Assembly: GCA_030590485.1 (NCBI GenBank)
Contig: JAUUYL010000004.1
Span: 7,878-71,877 of the forward strand
Direction of reading: 5' to 3'
From: Lentisphaerota bacterium
GTDB lineage: Bacteria; Verrucomicrobiota; Kiritimatiellia; UBA8416; JAUUYL01
DNA: 64,000 bases
The notes under the pieces were generated by a model. It searched no databases. It was not told where the DNA came from and saw nothing but the letters and a program-made list of their open reading frames with translations. Below, piece by piece: positions 58,923-64,000 of the stretch. The position numbers were made by a program, and so were the translations under genes. Within the stretch, counting starts at the first letter, position 1. Every line of letters begins with the position of its first letter.

Positions 58923-61886
58923 TTATTTCTTCCGCTTCACAGTGTAAACAACTGCAGCTATCAGCGTCGCAGCCCCAGCATAACGATGTATCAGGATCAG
59001 CGAGTGCTGACAATGCGAAGAAACAATCGGAACCATCGAAGCTAACATAGACATCACAAGAACTATACCGCAAACAACCACCACCCAGAAACATATCTTC
59101 TGAGCAAACGAATACTTGTCAGCCTCATCACTACTGGTAAGCTTGCAGGAATCAGACCTCATAACCGACAGCACAGCAAGGCACAAGGCGTACAGAGCGC
59201 CAAACACAACATGTGCCAGAAGACCATACCCAGAGATAGTCCGGCCAATACAGGCCGCTGTGCAAAAACCAGTAATCGTGAGTATAATCGCACTAAGACA
59301 CCCTATCTTCGCTGCTGCTCCATCAATCAATGGAAACTGGAATGTGCTCGCAACCTTCTTCAAGCCTAACAAAGCATAAAGCAGGGCAACCAATGCCGCT
59401 ATACCAGCCATACCCAGCAGGAACAGTTTCAACAGAGGTCTGACAATGAACGTCAAACCGAAGAGTCGATGATATCCACCAGATATATCCATATAATCAC
59501 TCATTTTGCCAACGGTAACCTTATCTGTCCTCAGCGCCCCTTGAGGTATCACTGAAGCAAAAAAGAAATCAGAATCAGCACTATGACAATCAGTACATTT
59601 ATCGGAACCCAGAGCCTGGGATGCCGAACGTACATCATGAGCAATCGGCCAGGTGACAGGCGCCGCATCTTTGTGCTCCTCAGCCTTTAGTCCGCCTTTG
59701 CCGTCATCACTAAACATCTTACCACGACTCACATAGACATGACCGTCCCCAAGTCTACCGAGAACTATTGCAACCTGGTTCTCTGTGAAGACCACTTCGT
59801 CACCGCCAACTGTATCGACTATCAATTTTTCAGCCTCCGGCGACACAAACGGCATGAACACACCATCTTTGAGCCACCCCCAATTGGAGCCCTTGGATGG
59901 GCCAACTTCACTCGGCTCAACAAGCAGCCTCTTTGCGACATCCTTGTCAAAGGTGTTTCTATATGCCTTGTTGCCGAATATTTCCAGCAGATTGACTTTT
60001 TTCTCCGCAGATGACTGTGCACGCATAAGCAGCTTTAACTCATAAAGCTTTGGTGTCTTCTTTTTAGAAGGCGTAATCTGCTTCCTATCAACATTATTGA
60101 ATATTTTCTGACTTGTCCCCTGGACCTCTGCCGTAACGTTCAACTTCGTCGCAAGAACCTTCACTGCAGCCTTGGTGACTGCGGCATCTTTTATAAGAGT
60201 ATCAGCCTCCTCTTTGGGCACAAGTTCATATTCAACATTAACCAGTCTGTGCAAAATGCCATCAAGTTTCCATGCCGGCTCAGCCCCGGCGGGTGCCGCA
60301 GGCTTGAGCGCCTCTATTACTGCCTGCAAATGGTTCTGATCGGCCTCACCAAGCCCGTAAAAAGCATATTCCTCGCTGGCATCATACTCAAGAGTTAGAG
60401 ACTCTATCCCCTTCTCGATGATATAGCCAAAGACACGTCCTGCCTTCGGCGCCTCACCCTTGTAATCAAGTATATCCAGTCCACCATCAAAGTTGCGGAC
60501 ATAAACCTTGCCGCCGGACACATAAACAGGCTGTCCATAAGTATCGCCATCAGCATTCTTTACGCCGCCCAAAGCCCCCAGAATGTTGGCTGCAACTGAC
60601 CCTGGGTCAACAATCTCTCCAGCAATATCCATGACATCTTCAGCCTTAAGCGGCGTCAGTTCATCTCCCTCCCGCTTAGCCCAGAATGACGGCCACATAA
60701 TACGTGATGGTGCAATCTTGCCATCAGAACCTTTCACAAACACAGGTTCGAGAATAACAGGTGCTTCCGTAAACCACTGTGCAATGCCGTGAATTCCAAG
60801 TCTGTTGATTTTAGCAGTCCTGACGACCTGCAACTTCCCGTCATCAGAAATCACAGACCCTGAATGACACGTCGTACAGGCAAGCTTCTCCAGATGAACA
60901 GGAGGAAGACCCTTATGCTCTGGGTTCGGTGCGCCGTAAGTACCATCTTCATGACATCCCTCGCAGGAATACATTCCAGCGACACCACGATCGATCTTAT
61001 GGTCTAACCCGTTACGGTGACATTTGACACAGCTCATTCCTGAAGCACTGTGAATATCTCCTGTCACCTCTTTCTTCTCCTTATGCACCTGAGCAACTGA
61101 ATGACATTGCAGGCAACGAGCATCAGACGGCTTGCCAATATCCAGAAGCGCGCGATGCTTACTATCGAAAAGGCTTTTCTTGTACAATACAGATGGCGGT
61201 GCACTGAAGACCATGTCATCAGGATCATATCCATCAGAAGGCACCCAGGAATCAGGCAGCCTTTCAGCAACGCCACTTATTTCGCCAAGCCCTGATGCGG
61301 CTGTAGCCGCCCAACGGAAATTCTCGCGAGCCACCTGCTTGACCCATTCGGTCGGATCCTGACATTTGGCGCCATTATGACAGGCCATGCAGTTAATCTC
61401 CAGATCACCTGACACCGCCCAGCGCGGATTTGCACCAAGTTCAGGACGCTTGTTTTCGCCAGGCCCACCGCCCGGCATATGACGCCCGAAATTCATAATA
61501 AATGACCAGTCTGTGAGACCCAAATCGGAAGGAGACTTCAGACCCGAGGACGAACGAAGCGAGAGAGGTATCTGCGTGCCTGTCTTCTCATCAAGAAGAA
61601 CCCATGGTTCGCTGGCTCTGCCCTCCAAATCACCCTCTGAACTGAAATGCCAGCCATGTCCGATCTTTTTGTAATCATGACACTCCCCGCAAGTCGTCTT
61701 GGCAGAAAACGGCTTAGGCACCTTTTCCACAGGCAGGATCTTTAGATCATTCTCATCCTTCAGCTGAACTTTGTGAACAGGTATTGTCTGACTACCATCC
61801 CATGGCACATTCGCCTGAGCTGTTCTGGACGAGATAACAACCCCCAAAAGAAGCAGGAAACTCAGTTTAGTGTATATTGACTTCAA
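58923..61886 (-). CDS. Multiheme cytochrome c (7 CxxCH) with C-terminal multi-TM, His-containing (cytochrome b-like) domain
   Basis: Sec signal; CGECH, CMACH, CLQCH, CVKCH, CEGCH, CTTCH, CTDCH; ~5 TM helices including LLAHVVFG and LIHRYAG. Confidence 0.85.
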   Translation of the reverse strand: MKSIYTKLSFLLLLGVVISSRTAQANVPWDGSQTIPVHKVQLKDENDLKILPVEKVPKPFSAKTTCGECHDYKKIGHGWHFSSEGDLEGRASEPWVLLDEKTGTQIPLSLRSSSGLKSPSDLGLTDWSFIMNFGRHMPGGGPGENKRPELGANPRWAVSGDLEINCMACHNGAKCQDPTEWVKQVARENFRWAATAASGLGEISGVAERLPDSWVPSDGYDPDDMVFSAPPSVLYKKSLFDSKHRALLDIGKPSDARCLQCHSVAQVHKEKKEVTGDIHSASGMSCVKCHRNGLDHKIDRGVAGMYSCEGCHEDGTYGAPNPEHKGLPPVHLEKLACTTCHSGSVISDDGKLQVVRTAKINRLGIHGIAQWFTEAPVILEPVFVKGSDGKIAPSRIMWPSFWAKREGDELTPLKAEDVMDIAGEIVDPGSVAANILGALGGVKNADGDTYGQPVYVSGGKVYVRNFDGGLDILDYKGEAPKAGRVFGYIIEKGIESLTLEYDASEEYAFYGLGEADQNHLQAVIEALKPAAPAGAEPAWKLDGILHRLVNVEYELVPKEEADTLIKDAAVTKAAVKVLATKLNVTAEVQGTSQKIFNNVDRKQITPSKKKTPKLYELKLLMRAQSSAEKKVNLLEIFGNKAYRNTFDKDVAKRLLVEPSEVGPSKGSNWGWLKDGVFMPFVSPEAEKLIVDTVGGDEVVFTENQVAIVLGRLGDGHVYVSRGKMFSDDGKGGLKAEEHKDAAPVTWPIAHDVRSASQALGSDKCTDCHSADSDFFFASVIPQGALRTDKVTVGKMSDYMDISGGYHRLFGLTFIVRPLLKLFLLGMAGIAALVALLYALLGLKKVASTFQFPLIDGAAAKIGCLSAIILTITGFCTAACIGRTISGYGLLAHVVFGALYALCLAVLSVMRSDSCKLTSSDEADKYSFAQKICFWVVVVCGIVLVMSMLASMVPIVSSHCQHSLILIHRYAGAATLIAAVVYTVKRKK

Positions 61887-61948
61887 ATTCAGTACTCCTT
61901 TTCACGCTTTCCGCCTCAGGCGGATTTACGCGTTCGCTCCAACATGTT

Positions 61949-63298
61949 TCATACCACAAAATCGCTTTTCTTAAACTCGATTTTCTTGTTTGTTCCTATA
62001 GCTCTATTCACTGCAAGAACGGCCACCGCTGTCGCATAACCCATCTCTGCCGGGCAATTCAGCGTGCATTGACCGCGAATAGCGTCAAAGAAATTCTCCA
62101 GGTGCGGCTGATGCGGAAGTTTTGCCAACTCGATTGGAAGCGGCCACTGGGGCATTCCGGGGCTTTCCCTTGCATCGAGCTTTACATTCTTGGTCTTCAC
62201 TTTGACCATGCTCTTGCCTTCAGGCTTAAGAAGACCTTCCTGAACCATGACATTCCAGTCCGGAGCATGCTTTTCACGCTCTATGGTGTTACCCCTTTGA
62301 GCAACTTCCGAAATGAGTAATGTCCCGTTCACACCCATAAATGCTTCCGAGTTGCCACCGTGACTGCTGGTAGTAAGCGTTTCGTAAAACGCCCTGGACA
62401 CACCATGCTTTGTCTCGTACTCATATATGCACAGAGCGTTGTCATACCACTCATGATGAGTGTGATAATCAGTCCCGCCCGATGCGATCACCGACTTGGG
62501 CGTAGTATGAAAAACCCACTCGAATATATCGATCTGATGAGAGCCCAGATCCACAATAGGCCCGCCACCGTATTTCTTGTACATACGCCAGTTGAGAAAC
62601 TGTTGCATTGATGCATAGCCGTACTTTGCGAGAATATCAGGCGGAATAACATCCCTGAACGCACATCCAATATCCTGAGCAGCCGAGACCGCCCTGTTCC
62701 ACTGAGCGTTAGCATGAGTGACCTGGCCCAGTATATTAGACTCATGAACAAGCTTATCAATAGCATGAATATAGCGAGGATTACTTCTGCGCTGGTGCCC
62801 GATTTGAAGCAACTTCTTCGTACGCCGTGCGGCCAGAACCATCTGCTTCGCCTTTTCGAGAGAATTCGACATCTCTTTCTCACTGTAAACATGATGCCCC
62901 GCCTCCATCGCAGCAATAGAATGCTCTGCATGCAACCAGTCAGGCGTAGCCACTATCACCGCGTCCAAGTCCTTTTCATTCGCAAGCATTTCCTGATAAT
63001 CAATATACTCGTTTGGCTCGTGTTTATATGTCTTAAGGTAATCAACCGCTACCTTCCTGTTCTTGTCCCATATATCACATACTGCTTTAAACCTGATTCC
63101 GGGAATAGATAGGCATGAATTGATCAGAGCCTTCTTGCCCTGCTGACCGACACCTATGATGGCAACATTCAGATCATCGGTCTTCTTTACCGGCGCCGCT
63201 ACTGTAGCTAAATCTTGCGCTAATGCACGCTGAGCCATGGCAATACCAGCTCCCGCAACACTAACGGACTTTACAAATTCTCTTCTGCTAATCTGCAT
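61949..63298 (-). CDS. Tat-exported Gfo/Idh/MocA oxidoreductase
   Basis: SRREFVK Tat motif; IGVGQQG, ATPDWLH, YSEK, GHQRRS, DLGSHQID. Confidence 0.9.
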   Translation of the reverse strand: MQISRREFVKSVSVAGAGIAMAQRALAQDLATVAAPVKKTDDLNVAIIGVGQQGKKALINSCLSIPGIRFKAVCDIWDKNRKVAVDYLKTYKHEPNEYIDYQEMLANEKDLDAVIVATPDWLHAEHSIAAMEAGHHVYSEKEMSNSLEKAKQMVLAARRTKKLLQIGHQRRSNPRYIHAIDKLVHESNILGQVTHANAQWNRAVSAAQDIGCAFRDVIPPDILAKYGYASMQQFLNWRMYKKYGGGPIVDLGSHQIDIFEWVFHTTPKSVIASGGTDYHTHHEWYDNALCIYEYETKHGVSRAFYETLTTSSHGGNSEAFMGVNGTLLISEVAQRGNTIEREKHAPDWNVMVQEGLLKPEGKSMVKVKTKNVKLDARESPGMPQWPLPIELAKLPHQPHLENFFDAIRGQCTLNCPAEMGYATAVAVLAVNRAIGTNKKIEFKKSDFVV

Positions 63299-63427
63299 TA
63301 TAGTTATCTCCTGTTATAAACTATTGATTATTAACGTCTAATAATTACACAAAAACAAGCAAAATTCTTGTACATTTCACGCATTTAGTTGTAAAAAATT
63401 CCATCGAGCAGGCGTTCATACCAGAGC

Positions 63428-64000
63428 CTAGCCATTCAAGATAGAATTCCATTTCCCATAAGAATCATCGAGAACTTGCTTTAATTCCGGATCAGGCTCT
63501 ATTGATTCCTGAGGCTCAAGGCTGGAAAACGCCTCTTTTGCGGACTTGTATATTCCTGCGCCTATGCCTGCACCGCGCGCCGCGCCAAGTGCGCCGTCAG
63601 TATTGTAGAGCTCCACAACCGCGCCAGTAACCGTAGCAAATGTTTTCTGGAATATCGGACTGATAAACATATTCGCACGTCCAGCACGGGCTGTACCAAT
63701 CGTCAGCCCCATGTCTTTCATGATGTCCATGCCATATTTAAGCGCAAAGACGATGCCCTCCTGAGCCGCCCTGAACATATGTGCCTGCGTATGGCGATTG
63801 AAATCCAACCCATGAACCGAAGCTCCAACATTCTTATTACCAAGCGTCCGTTCCGCACCGTTACCATAAGGAAGAAGCATCAAGCCGTCAGACCCGGCAG
63901 CAACTTCCCCTGCCATCCGGTCCATTTCTTTGTAATCAAGACCACCGGCAACATTATGCTTTAGCCAACTGTTAAGGATTCCTGTACCATTGAGACATAA
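63428..64000 (-). CDS. FGGY carbohydrate kinase, xylulokinase-like (5' end outside the window)
   Basis: NGTGILNSW, LPYGNGAER, AAQEGI, GAARGAG. Confidence 0.8.
   Translation of the reverse strand, partial: LCLNGTGILNSWLKHNVAGGLDYKEMDRMAGEVAAGSDGLMLLPYGNGAERTLGNKNVGASVHGLDFNRHTQAHMFRAAQEGIVFALKYGMDIMKDMGLTIGTARAGRANMFISPIFQKTFATVTGAVVELYNTDGALGAARGAGIGAGIYKSAKEAFSSLEPQESIEPDPELKQVLDDSYGKWNSILNG

Noticed and set aside
55300..64000. Prophage or integrative island at tRNA-Ala
   Set aside because: No integrase or phage genes, and no duplicate of the tRNA 3' end seen in the window

Overview
A 64-kb, gene-dense chromosomal window from an apparently anaerobic, diderm bacterium. A PVC-type lineage (Kiritimatiellota/Lentisphaerota-like) is inferred from gene content and is not proven. 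Left to right: (i) a DeoR-headed operon with a fused E1alpha-beta/E2/E3 2-oxoacid- or acetoin-type dehydrogenase complex, lipA/lipB and a SrlD-like SDR; (ii) housekeeping genes (YchF paralog, PMM, rluD, lgt, Ser/Thr kinase, PPi-PFK, purD-purE-tsaC-LMWPTP-rpiB::glyA fusion); (iii) a ~15-kb nitrogen island (Rh-type channel, porin, P-II, AmtB under a sigma-54 promoter, NifA-like activator, NrpR, GdhA, a Cys1-less PurF, NfnAB, GS-III); (iv) an hdrA(L)-mvhD-hdrC-hdrB-metV-metF operon, a putative electron-bifurcating methylene-THF reductase; (v) queF, tRNA-Ala(GGC) and a GIY-YIG ORF followed by a tRNA fragment; (vi) a Tat-exported Gfo/Idh/MocA oxidoreductase, a 7-heme membrane-anchored cytochrome c and a signal-less ApbE, followed by a discoidin protein and a GT-C protein. 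The strongest candidates for an undescribed system are the module in (vi), the hdr-metVF operon in this lineage and the DeoR/SrlD-linked dehydrogenase complex. Intergenic DNA carries nested REP-like repeats, a MITE-like element with 25-bp terminal inverted repeats, heptamer and 12-mer periodic tracts, and several leaderless-type promoters. All family assignments come from motif recognition by eye; no searches were run.
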